A DNA stretch of 32,308 nucleotides from Massilia sp. (GCA_031995805.1 DAMAFT010000001.1:1-32308), one strand, 5' to 3'. Numbered from the stretch's first letter, positions 10,470 to 19,007 are shown. Notes: generated by a model from the letters alone, not told the origin. Translations and numbers: made by a program.

Positions 10470-11486
10470 ATGAAGATCGCAGTGATCGGGGCGGGCGCCA
10501 TCGGCGGACTCGTCGGTGCACGGCTGGCGCTCGCGGGGGAGGACGTGACGTTCCTCGTGCGCGGCGCGAACCTGCAGGCCATCCGCGCGCATGGTATCCG
10601 GCTCGTGGAAACCGACGGGACCGAACGGACGGCGGCGCAGGTGCGGGCCACGGACGACTATGCCGCGGCGGGACCGCAGGATGTGGTGGTGCTGGCCGTC
10701 AAGGCGCACCAGGTGGAGGACGTGGCGGACCGCGTCGGCCTGCTGTTCGGGCCGGAGACGGTCGTGGTGACGATGCAGAACGGGATCCCGTTCTGGTATT
10801 TCCACCGCCACGGCGGCGACTACGAGGGCCGCGCCGTGCACAGCGTGGACCCGGACGGCGAACTGGCGCAGCGGATCCCGCCGGCGCGCATCCTCGGCTG
10901 TGTCGTCTATCCGGCGGCGGAACTGGTGGCGCCGGGCGTGATCCGGCACATCGAGGGCAGCCGCTTTCCGTTGGGCGAACTCGACGGCAGTACGAGCGAG
11001 CGGATCACGCGGGTGGCGGCCTGCTTCGAGCAGGCCGGCTTCAAGTCGCCGGTGCTGGACGACATTCGCGCCGAGATCTGGCTGAAACTGTGGGGCAACC
11101 TGTCGTTCAACCCGATCAGCGCGCTGGCGCATTCGACGCTGGTGGACATCTGCCAGCACCCGCTGGCGCGCGACCTGGCCGCCAACATGATGCGCGAGGC
11201 CGAGGCGGTGGCGACGCGGCTGGGGATCGCCTTCCGCGTCAGCCTGGAACGCCGCATCGCGGGCGCCGAGAAGATCGGCAAGCACAAGACCTCGATGCTG
11301 CAGGACGTGGAAGCGGGCCGCGGGCCGGAAATCGATGCGCTGGTGGGCTCGGTGATCGAACTGGCGCGCATGACGGGCACGTCGACGCCGCACATCGACT
11401 CGGCATATGCGCTGGTGAAGCTGCTGGAGCAGACGATGGTCGAGGCGCGCGGCGGCGTGCGCCTGCAGAAGGCGGTGGAAGCCTGA
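10470..11486 (+). CDS. panE: Ketopantoate reductase family (PanE/ApbA) protein, probable oxalyl-CoA reductase
   Basis: GAGAIGG, LAVKAHQ, MQNGIPFW, WLKLWGN, HKTSMLQDVEAGRGPEIDALVGSV. Substrate is inferred from context. Confidence 0.88.
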   Translation: MKIAVIGAGAIGGLVGARLALAGEDVTFLVRGANLQAIRAHGIRLVETDGTERTAAQVRATDDYAAAGPQDVVVLAVKAHQVEDVADRVGLLFGPETVVVTMQNGIPFWYFHRHGGDYEGRAVHSVDPDGELAQRIPPARILGCVVYPAAELVAPGVIRHIEGSRFPLGELDGSTSERITRVAACFEQAGFKSPVLDDIRAEIWLKLWGNLSFNPISALAHSTLVDICQHPLARDLAANMMREAEAVATRLGIAFRVSLERRIAGAEKIGKHKTSMLQDVEAGRGPEIDALVGSVIELARMTGTSTPHIDSAYALVKLLEQTMVEARGGVRLQKAVEA

Positions 11487-11492
11487 CGGACG

Positions 11493-11528
11493 GGCGCCCC
11501 GGCGCGGCGGATGCCGGGCCGGGGCGCC
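11493..11528. other. GC-rich hairpin between convergent genes
   Basis: GGCGCCCCGGC-N14-GCCGGGGCGCC, an 11-bp perfect stem with no U-tract. Confidence 0.5.
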
Positions 11529-11592
11529 GGAAGCGGTGCCCGAGGAAGCGCTGGCATGACCGGCGCCGCCGGGGGCGCTGCCGGCAGGGGTG

Positions 11593-11739
11593 TTACATGC
11601 CCCAGGTATGGGCGCCGTCGCCGCGGTTGGCGGCGCTCAGCTTGTCGCGCAGGTTCAGCTGGAACAGTGCGGCGATCAGGGCCGAGAACGAGAAGGAAGT
11701 ACCGTTTTGTTGCGTCGCGGTATTGGTATAGCCATTCAT
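11593..11739 (-). CDS. 48-aa small protein (MNGYTNTATQQNGTSFSFSALIAALFQLNLRDKLSAANRGDGAHTWGM)
   Basis: Strong RBS AAAAGGAG 7 nt before the ATG, GC3-rich codons and its own predicted promoter. Confidence 0.7.
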   Translation of the reverse strand: MNGYTNTATQQNGTSFSFSALIAALFQLNLRDKLSAANRGDGAHTWGM

Positions 11740-11780
11740 TTTGCAACTCCTTTTAAAGGTGGAAACGATGTATGCCTTTG

Positions 11781-11809
11781 ATTGTAAAGGCAGGCCAACC
11801 ATCGTCCAA
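11781..11809 (-). promoter_or_regulatory. Putative sigma70 promoter of the 48-aa ORF
   Basis: Minus strand TTGGAC-N17-TACAAT. The -10 lies inside the palindrome TGCCTTT-N6-AAAGGCA (11773-11792). Confidence 0.55.
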
Positions 11810-11827
11810 TTGAACGGCGTGATAGCG

Positions 11828-11848
11828 GACATTCCGTGGGTGAATGTC
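11828..11848. promoter_or_regulatory. LysR-type T-N11-A palindrome
   Basis: GACATTC-cgtgggt-GAATGTC. Centre 11838 is about 64 bp upstream of the predicted start site (~11774). Confidence 0.5.
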
Positions 11849-11916
11849 TAGCTATGAAAAAACGCCCAAAAAAGAGGCAAAAAAATTTTTGAGTTGCGGC
11901 GCAAAAACCGTTGTTT

Positions 11917-12525
11917 TCAGATTTTTCCCTGGTGCTTCAGCCGGCTCAGGGTTTCCGGCGACAGGTTCAGGTAGGCCGCCAGTTCCTTCTTCGGCAGGCG
12001 CTCGAACAGCTCGGGATGCTTGCGCACGAAACGGTGCACGCGGCCCGGCGCATCGAGCAGGTGCAGCGTGATCGTGTGCGCCATGATGCCGCTCATCAGG
12101 CTCATCACTTCGAACTCGAACGCTTCCTTGACCAGGCTGTGGCTCTGCAGGAAGTCGACCCATTGCGCCAGCGGCATGCTGGCCACGCGCGCCTTGGTGA
12201 CGCAGACGATGCTGTACGGCGTGGGGGTCTTGAGGCGCCAGGCGGCGTAGCTGGTCTCGATGTCGCGCTCGGACGAGAAGCGCAGGATCATCTCCTTGGC
12301 TTCGTGGTTGGTGACCTGGCGCTTCAGGATGCCGTCGAGGATGAAGTACTGCTCCATCTCGTGCACGCCCTGGTTCAGCAGCAGGTCGCCCTTCTGGTGG
12401 TTGGTGACGGTGAGGTAGGGCTCGAGCGCGGCCATCTCGCTGTCGCGCAATTCCTTGAGCACGACGTTCTGCTTCAACTGCACGCGGATGATGTTGCGTT
12501 CGGGGTGATTGGCGATCAGCGTCAT
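11917..12525 (-). CDS. Crp/Fnr-family transcriptional regulator, divergent from oxc
   Basis: cNMP-binding-like beta roll (KGDLLLNQG...YFILDGILK) and C-terminal HTH ELAAYLNLSPETLSRL with the FNR-like E-x-x-S-R recognition helix. No FNR Cys cluster. Confidence 0.92.
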   Translation of the reverse strand: MTLIANHPERNIIRVQLKQNVVLKELRDSEMAALEPYLTVTNHQKGDLLLNQGVHEMEQYFILDGILKRQVTNHEAKEMILRFSSERDIETSYAAWRLKTPTPYSIVCVTKARVASMPLAQWVDFLQSHSLVKEAFEFEVMSLMSGIMAHTITLHLLDAPGRVHRFVRKHPELFERLPKKELAAYLNLSPETLSRLKHQGKI

Positions 12526-12572
12526 GGGTGGCAGGGGCGATTTTCCGGGGTCTCGACATCATGTGGCGAAAC

Positions 12573-12586
12573 TTGACCGTGGTCAA
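12573..12586. promoter_or_regulatory. Crp/Fnr-type site of the oxc promoter
   Basis: Perfect arms TTGACC-gt-GGTCAA. The -10 TATGAT at 12610-12615 gives class II (~-42) spacing. Confidence 0.75.
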
Positions 12587-12703
12587 TGATCGAAATCAGG
12601 CGTGCTGGCTATGATGGATTTCAGGGCGAGACGGCTGGCCAGGTCGCCTGGACCGACAACGAGGGGCAACGGCACAACGTGGCCCGAATAACCGGAGACA
12701 ACC

Positions 12704-14407
12704 ATGACTCAAAACGTATCGGTAGAAGTCACCGACGGCTTCCACCTGGTGATCGATGCCCTGAAGCACAACGACATCGACACGATCTTCGGCCTGGTAG
12801 GCATCCCGATCACGGACCTCGCCCGCCTGGCGCAAGCGGAAGGCATGCGCTTCATCGGCTTCCGCCACGAACAGAACGCGGGCAACGCCGCCGCCATCGC
12901 CGGCTTCATCACGCAAAAGCCCGGCATCTGCCTGACGGTGTCGGCGCCCGGCTTCCTGAACGGCTTGACGGCCCTGGCCAACGCCACCACCAACTGCTTC
13001 CCGATGATCCTGATCTCGGGTTCCAGCGAGCGCGAGATCGTCGACCTGCAGCAGGGCGACTACGAAGAGATGGACCAGCTCAACGCCGCCAAGCCGTACG
13101 CCAAGGCGGCCTACCGCATCAACAAGGCCGAGGACATCGGCATCGGCGTGGCGCGCGCCATCCGCGCCGCCGTCTCGGGCCGCCCGGGCGGCGTCTACCT
13201 CGACCTGCCGGCGCAGCTGCTGGCGCAGACCATCGAGGCCGGCCACGGCAAGCGCTCGCTGGTGAAGGTCGTCGACCCGGCCCCGCGCCAGCTGCCGGCG
13301 CCGGACTCGGTGCAGCGCGCGCTGGCCCTCATCAAGGGCGCGAAGAAGCCGCTGATCCTGCTCGGCAAGGGCGCCGCGTATGCGCAGGCCGACGCCGAGA
13401 TCCGCGCCTTCGTCGAGCGCAGCGGCATCCCCTACCTGCCGATGTCGATGGCCAAGGGCCTGCTGCCGGATACCCATGCGCAGTCGGCGTCCGCGGCGCG
13501 CTCCTTCGTGCTGGCCGAGGCCGACGTGGTCGTGCTGGTCGGCGCGCGCCTTAACTGGCTGCTGGCGCACGGCAAGGGCAAGACCTGGGGCAAGCCGAAG
13601 CAGTTCGTGCAGATCGACATCGCCCCGACCGAAGTCGACAGCAACGTGCCGATCGCCGCGCCGCTGATCGGCGACATCGGCTCCTGCGTGTCCGCGCTGC
13701 TGGACGGCCTGGACGGCGCCGGCATCGTGGCGCCCGGCGAGGACTGGCTGGGCGCGATCGCCGAGCGCAAGGAAGCCAACCAGGCCAAGATGGCCGCGCT
13801 GCTCGACAAGAACCCGGTGCCGATGAACTTCCACAGCGCGCTGCGCGCCATCCGCGACGTGCTCAAGGACCATCCGGACATCAACCTCGTCAACGAAGGC
13901 GCGAACACGCTGGACTACGCGCGCAGCATCATCGACCAGTACCAGCCGCGCAAGCGCTTCGACTCCGGCACCTGGGGCATCATGGGCATCGGCATGGGCT
14001 TCGCCATCGGCGCGGCCGTCGTCAGCGGCAAGCCGGTGGTGGCGGTGGAAGGCGACAGCGCGTTCGGCTTCTCCGGCATGGAACTGGAAACCATCTGCCG
14101 CTACCAGCTGCCGGTCACCACCATCGTCTTCAACAACAACGGCGTCTACAAGGGCACCGACGTGAACCCCACCGGCGGCGCCGACGTGGCGCCCACGGTG
14201 TTCGTCAAGAACGCCCGCTACGACAAGATGATCGAGGCCTTCGGCGGCATCGGCTACAACGCCACCACGCCGGAAGAACTCACGCGCTTCCTGCAGGAAG
14301 CGATCGCCGCCGGCAAGCCGGCCCTGATCAACGCCGTGATCGACGAGACCGCGGGCACCGAGAGCGGCCGCCTGACCAACCTGAATCCGCAAAGCGCCAA
14401 GAAGTAA
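12704..14407 (+). CDS. oxc: Oxalyl-CoA decarboxylase
   Basis: [70 protein letters not shown]...NNNG, GTESGRL. Confidence 0.97.
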   Translation: MTQNVSVEVTDGFHLVIDALKHNDIDTIFGLVGIPITDLARLAQAEGMRFIGFRHEQNAGNAAAIAGFITQKPGICLTVSAPGFLNGLTALANATTNCFPMILISGSSEREIVDLQQGDYEEMDQLNAAKPYAKAAYRINKAEDIGIGVARAIRAAVSGRPGGVYLDLPAQLLAQTIEAGHGKRSLVKVVDPAPRQLPAPDSVQRALALIKGAKKPLILLGKGAAYAQADAEIRAFVERSGIPYLPMSMAKGLLPDTHAQSASAARSFVLAEADVVVLVGARLNWLLAHGKGKTWGKPKQFVQIDIAPTEVDSNVPIAAPLIGDIGSCVSALLDGLDGAGIVAPGEDWLGAIAERKEANQAKMAALLDKNPVPMNFHSALRAIRDVLKDHPDINLVNEGANTLDYARSIIDQYQPRKRFDSGTWGIMGIGMGFAIGAAVVSGKPVVAVEGDSAFGFSGMELETICRYQLPVTTIVFNNNGVYKGTDVNPTGGADVAPTVFVKNARYDKMIEAFGGIGYNATTPEELTRFLQEAIAAGKPALINAVIDETAGTESGRLTNLNPQSAKK

Positions 14408-14512
14408 GGCGGCGCGAGCACCGGGCACATACAGCAAGGCACGACACCGGCGCCACGAGCGCCGGTGCGCAGGACCGTCACGTTTGCAGATATCGACAAG
14501 GAGACAGGAATC

Positions 14513-15763
14513 ATGAGCAAACCACTGGAAGGCATCAAGATCATCGACTTCACGCACGTCCAGGCCGGCCCGGCCTGCACCCAGCTGCTGGCCTGGTTCG
14601 GCGCCGACGTGATCAAGGTCGAGCGCCCCGGCGCCGGCGACGTCACCCGTTCGCAGCTGCGCGACATCCCCGGCGTCGACGCGCTGTACTTCACCATGTT
14701 GAACAGCAACAAGCGCTCGCTGACGCTGGACACCAAGACGGCCGAGGGCAAGGAAATCCTGACCAAGCTGATCAAGGAATCCGACGTGCTGGTCGAGAAT
14801 TTCGGCCCCGGCGCGCTGGACCGCATGGGCTTCACCTGGGAGCACATCAAGGAACTCAATCCCGGCATGATCGTCGCGTCCGTGAAGGGCTTCAGCGACG
14901 GCCACCACTACGAAGACCTGAAGGTCTACGAGAACGTGGCGCAGTGCGCCGGCGGCGCCGCGTCCACCACCGGCTTCGACGACGGTCCGCCGACCGTCTC
15001 GGCCGCCGCGCTGGGCGACAGCAATACCGGCATGCACCTGGCGATCGGCATCCTGACGGCGCTGCGCGCGCGCGACGTCAGCGGCAAGGGCCAGAAGGTG
15101 GCCGTGTCGATGCAGGACAGCGTGCTGAACCTGTGCCGCGTGAAGCTGCGCGACCAGCAGCGCCTGGACCGCGTGGGCTACCTGGAAGAGTATCCGCAAT
15201 ACCCGCACGGCAGCTTCTCGGACGTGGTGCCGCGCGGCGGCAATGCGGGCGGCGGCGGCCAGCCGGGCTGGGTACTGCGCTGCAAGGGCTGGGAGACCGA
15301 CCCGAACGCCTACATCTACTTCACGATCCAGGGCCATGCCTGGGCGCCGATCTGCCGCGCCATCGGCAAGGAAGAATGGATCGACGATCCGGCCTACATG
15401 ACCGCGCAGGCACGCCAGGACAAGATCTTCGACATCTTCGCCGTCATCGAGAACTGGTTGAAGGACAAGACCAAGTTCGAGGCCGTCGACATCCTGCGCA
15501 AGTTCGACATCCCGTGCGCGCCGGTGCTGACGATGAAGGAACTGGCGAACGACGAGTCGCTGCGCGCCAGCGGCACCATCGTCGAGGTCGACCACAAGGA
15601 GCGCGGCAAGTACCTGACCGTGGGCAGCCCGATCAAGTTCTCGGACATGAAGCCGGAAATCAAGGGGTCGCCGCTGCTGGGCGAGCACACCGACGAGATC
15701 CTGGAAGGCATGGGCTACAGCCAGCAGCAGATCAAGGACTTCCACGAGCGCCGCGTGGTCTGA
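14513..15763 (+). CDS. frc: Formyl-CoA:oxalate CoA-transferase
   Basis: [42 protein letters not shown] (catalytic Asp), [19 protein letters not shown]; follows oxc. Confidence 0.97.
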   Translation: MSKPLEGIKIIDFTHVQAGPACTQLLAWFGADVIKVERPGAGDVTRSQLRDIPGVDALYFTMLNSNKRSLTLDTKTAEGKEILTKLIKESDVLVENFGPGALDRMGFTWEHIKELNPGMIVASVKGFSDGHHYEDLKVYENVAQCAGGAASTTGFDDGPPTVSAAALGDSNTGMHLAIGILTALRARDVSGKGQKVAVSMQDSVLNLCRVKLRDQQRLDRVGYLEEYPQYPHGSFSDVVPRGGNAGGGGQPGWVLRCKGWETDPNAYIYFTIQGHAWAPICRAIGKEEWIDDPAYMTAQARQDKIFDIFAVIENWLKDKTKFEAVDILRKFDIPCAPVLTMKELANDESLRASGTIVEVDHKERGKYLTVGSPIKFSDMKPEIKGSPLLGEHTDEILEGMGYSQQQIKDFHERRVV

Positions 15764-15837
15764 TCCCGGCCACGGCAACGGCTCGACCCGATGCGCGCCG
15801 CGTTCGCCGGCGCGCATTGTCCATTTGGGAGGAACAC

Positions 15838-16281
15838 ATGCAGACCCCGATCGATTTCCAGCAACTCGCGCAGGCCGTCGGCGACGGCCTCGTCGTCTGC
15901 GACGCCGCCGGCACCATCGTATTCTGGAACGCCGCGGCCACGCGCATCTTCGGCTTTTCGGAGGCGGAGGCGCTGGGCGTCTCGCTCGACCTGATCATCC
16001 CGCAGCGCCAGCAGCAGCGCCACTGGGACGGCTACCACCAGACCATGGCGACGGGCCGGACGCGCTACGGCAGCGACGTGCTGCGCGTGCCCGCCGTGCA
16101 CAAGGAAGGCAAACCGCTGTCGATCGCCTTCACGGTGGCGCTGCTGCACGCGGCGGACGGCACGGTGGAGGCCATTGCCGCCGTCGTGCGCGACGATACC
16201 GCGCGCTGGAGCGAGGAGCGTGCGTTGCGGGCGCGCTTGCGCGAGCTGGAGGCGGCCGCCGCGGCGACGGCGGCGCCATGA
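15838..16281 (+). CDS. Stand-alone PAS-domain protein
   Basis: GGAGG RBS. GTIVFWNAAATRIFGFSEAEALG, LIIP..QQRHWDGY, HKEG, VVRDDT, then a C-terminal coiled helix; 147 aa. Confidence 0.88.
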   Translation: MQTPIDFQQLAQAVGDGLVVCDAAGTIVFWNAAATRIFGFSEAEALGVSLDLIIPQRQQQRHWDGYHQTMATGRTRYGSDVLRVPAVHKEGKPLSIAFTVALLHAADGTVEAIAAVVRDDTARWSEERALRARLRELEAAAAATAAP

Positions 16282-16404
16282 CGATGCGCGCATGTAGCGC
16301 GTAGGTAAATCTCACGAAAAATAACATTTAGACAATTTTCTTTACTTCGCAGGGGGTGGGACGCTACTATTGATTCGAGCAATTACCTTTGTCCGATCGC
16401 CAGG

Positions 16405-16440
16405 AAAGCCGCAGGTATCCGCCTGCGGCTTTTTGTTTTT
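16405..16440 (+). terminator. Intrinsic terminator
   Basis: AAAGCCGCAGG-tatccg-CCTGCGGCTTT followed by TTGTTTTT. Confidence 0.8.
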
Positions 16441-16458
16441 CGAATGGTTCGAATGCGC

Positions 16459-18624
16459 ATGAAACTGATTTGCCTGCTGACGCTGTGCGCGGCGCAGGCC
16501 CAGGCCCAGGCCCAGGTCACGTCCGACAAGCCCCAGCAGGTGACGGTGAACGGCACCCAGACCGACATGGACGCGAGCCGCGATGCGATCGCCGGCAAGA
16601 TCGTCATCGGCAAGCAGCGCATCGCCGACAGCGGCGTGCAGAACGTCGGCGAACTGCTGCACCGCGAACCGGCGATCAGCATCGGCAAGGACGGGCGCCT
16701 GGGCCTGCTCGGCCTGCCCGGCTACACGCAGGTGCTGGTGGACGGCCTGCCGCCGCAGGGCGACGCGTTCGCACTCGACCTGGTGCAGGTGGAGCGCATC
16801 GAGATCGTCCGCTCCACCACGGCCGCGACGGGACCGGTCGGCATCGCCGGCACCATCAATATCGTGCGCCGCAAGGCCGAGCGCAAGGCATTCAGCCAGG
16901 CCGGCGCGGGCGCCACCAGCACCGGTGGACGGGCCGGCGCGAACGTCTCGTGGATGAACAACCAGGTCGCGGCGGACAGCCCGTTCATCTACAACCTGTC
17001 GCTGTCGGCACGGCGCACGAAGACGCCCAGGTCCAGCCGTTACCTCGAGACGCGCGCCGTGGGCGAGACCGCGCCGGTGCCGGCATTCGAGGGCGACAGC
17101 GCCGCATCGAACGTACTCGAGTTCGTGAATGCGGGCAGCGAATTCACCTGGACGCTCGATGCCGCGAACAAGATCAGCCTGCGTCCCGAGATCGGCCGCT
17201 TCAAGACCGTGGAAGACAGCATCGAGCGGCGCCGCTGGCGGGACGGCCGCCTGCTGGCGCTCGAGCGCGACAGCGGCAATACCATGGACACCTGGGCGTT
17301 GCCGGTGCAATGGACCCGCCAGCTCGATGCGGACAGCGCGCTGTCGCTGCGCCTGAACATGAACCGCCCGCGCGTGAACATCGATGCGCCCAGCCTGGAA
17401 GCCTGGTCCGATGCGCCGCTGCGCCGGCGCACGTATGCGCAGCGCTGGCGCGGCCGCAATTATTTCGTCGATCTCGACTTCAACACGGCACTGGGCGGTG
17501 GTCACGCCATCACGGCCGGCGCCAAGCTGGTGCGCAACGAGAACGACAGGTTGTATACCGATCTCGTCGACGGCGTGCAGGACGCCAGCCTGGCCGTGCT
17601 GGGGCGCGAGAGCGCCATGCGCACCAACAGCGGCCGCCTGTTCCTGCAGGACGAGTGGCGCATCGACCGTACGCTCGCCCTGAACGCCGGGCTGTCCGTC
17701 GAGCGGCGCGTCTACGACCTCGCCGAAGGCCCGGTGCGCAACCGCGCCGATTTCAATATGTGGTCGCCGTCGCTGCACCTGTCGAAGAAGATCGGCGGCG
17801 ACCGCAGGCGCCAGGTGCGCTTGTCGCTGGCGCGCAGCTTCCAGCCGCCGTCCGCCGACCAGTTGCTGCTGCACCCGACGATCAGCCAGTTCGCGCCGTG
17901 CCAGCCGGGCCGCCTGTGCGGCGCCAACGGCATCGACACGGCCGACCGGGCCGGCAATCCCGCGCTGCAGCCCGAACGCGCGCTCGGCCTGAACCTGTCG
18001 TACACGCACGGCATCGGCAGCGCCAGCGAGGTGATGGTGGAAGGGTATGCGCGCGACATCGCGGACAAGACGGGCTGGGAATACGTGTTCGGCAACGTGC
18101 CCTGGGCCGGCGCACTGCGCTACGTCTACCGTCCCGTCAATCTCGGCAAGGCGACCGTGCGCGGCGTGAACCTGGAAGGCCGCGTTGCCGGCAAGGACGT
18201 GTCGAAAGACCTGTCCACGCTGGAAATCCATGGCAGCCTGGGCTTCGCCCGTTCGGAACTGCGCGACGTGCCGGGACCGGACAATCGCATCGACGGCCAG
18301 TCGCCTTGGCGCGCCAAGCTGGGCGGCAGCTACACGATCAAGACGGTGCCGCTGAAGCTGGGCGTCGAGGCCAGCGTGTTGCCGGGCGAATGGACGCGCA
18401 GCAGCGCCAGCGAGCGCGTGTACCAGTCGGGCCGACGCACGCTGGGCATCAACGGCAGCTGGAAGATCGATGCGAAGTCGAAGGTGACGGTCAACCTCGA
18501 CAACCTGCTGCACCGGTCGACGACGCGCATCGAGGAATACCGGACCGTGGACGCGCTGTTGCGCGAGTCGACCGGCGCGGCCGATCATGCGCGTATCGGC
18601 ATCAAATTCGATACGTCCTTGTAA
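16459..18624 (+). CDS. TonB-dependent receptor (alternative starts 16444/16453)
   Basis: Signal peptide, TonB-box-like QQVTVNG, plug motifs TQVLVDG and VERIEIVR..GIAGTINIV, FLQDEWR, GNPALQPE, VNLGKATVRGVNLE, and a C-terminal beta strand. Confidence 0.9.
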   Translation: MKLICLLTLCAAQAQAQAQVTSDKPQQVTVNGTQTDMDASRDAIAGKIVIGKQRIADSGVQNVGELLHREPAISIGKDGRLGLLGLPGYTQVLVDGLPPQGDAFALDLVQVERIEIVRSTTAATGPVGIAGTINIVRRKAERKAFSQAGAGATSTGGRAGANVSWMNNQVAADSPFIYNLSLSARRTKTPRSSRYLETRAVGETAPVPAFEGDSAASNVLEFVNAGSEFTWTLDAANKISLRPEIGRFKTVEDSIERRRWRDGRLLALERDSGNTMDTWALPVQWTRQLDADSALSLRLNMNRPRVNIDAPSLEAWSDAPLRRRTYAQRWRGRNYFVDLDFNTALGGGHAITAGAKLVRNENDRLYTDLVDGVQDASLAVLGRESAMRTNSGRLFLQDEWRIDRTLALNAGLSVERRVYDLAEGPVRNRADFNMWSPSLHLSKKIGGDRRRQVRLSLARSFQPPSADQLLLHPTISQFAPCQPGRLCGANGIDTADRAGNPALQPERALGLNLSYTHGIGSASEVMVEGYARDIADKTGWEYVFGNVPWAGALRYVYRPVNLGKATVRGVNLEGRVAGKDVSKDLSTLEIHGSLGFARSELRDVPGPDNRIDGQSPWRAKLGGSYTIKTVPLKLGVEASVLPGEWTRSSASERVYQSGRRTLGINGSWKIDAKSKVTVNLDNLLHRSTTRIEEYRTVDALLRESTGAADHARIGIKFDTSL

Positions 18625-18644
18625 ACCGATACGGGTGAAGCTTC

Positions 18645-19007
18645 ATGAAACGTCTCTTACTGTTCGTCACCGCATGTGTCTTGTCGTGCGCGGCATCGGC
18701 TCAACTCGTTCCCACCAAGCGGCACGTCTGCCATGCGCGCTGCGTCGGCGCCGACCCGGATAATCCGAAGAAGGACCGGCACCGGCAAACGCTGAAACAG
18801 ATTCTCGACCGCAAAGCCGGGGAAACCGATCCGGCGAAACGCAAGACATGGGAGCGGGCCGAACAGGAGGAGCGCGAACGGCATCAGGACGAGCTCGAGA
18901 CCATGTGCCGTACGGTCTGCCAGGACACCCGGAGGACTGATCGCGCGCGTGTCATGGGCGTATCCGCTATAGTGCTGCCACCATCACCTCAGGCAGTACA
19001 TCCATGA
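18645..19007 (+). CDS. Small secreted hypothetical protein with two CX3C motifs
   Basis: Signal peptide MKRLLLFVTACVLSCAASA. CHARC and CRTVC flank a 54-aa charged helical segment. Stop overlaps the helicase ATG (ATGA). Confidence 0.65.
   Translation: MKRLLLFVTACVLSCAASAQLVPTKRHVCHARCVGADPDNPKKDRHRQTLKQILDRKAGETDPAKRKTWERAEQEERERHQDELETMCRTVCQDTRRTDRARVMGVSAIVLPPSPQAVHP

Noticed and set aside
11593..11739. 48-aa ORF as a RiPP precursor or type I toxin
   Set aside because: No adjacent maturase, peptidase or exporter; no Cys; the hydrophobic stretch is short; no identifiable antitoxin RNA.
11917..12525. Calling the Crp/Fnr protein a true FNR oxygen sensor
   Set aside because: It has only one Cys and no N-terminal Fe-S ligand cluster.
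12596..15817. 1073-aa minus-strand ORF, and similar long shadow ORFs (2026-3906, 8496-10397, 16342-18588, 16389-18638, 18989-20788, 29385-31283)
   Set aside because: They are antisense or off-frame to well-supported genes, have no motifs, and are expected in high-GC DNA.
14944..15837. 445-aa ORF implying a longer PAS protein overlapping frc
   Set aside because: The upstream part is an Arg-rich off-frame read of frc. The PAS protein starts at 15838 after GGAGG.
16282..16458. Cobalamin/TPP riboswitch or Fur box before the receptor
   Set aside because: I could not match any conserved core motif, and the leader is too short for these riboswitches.
16495..16516. (CAGGCC)n repeat in the receptor signal peptide as a phase-variation tract
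   Set aside because: It is an in-frame hexamer with about 3.5 units encoding AQAQAQAQ, so slippage would not shift the frame.
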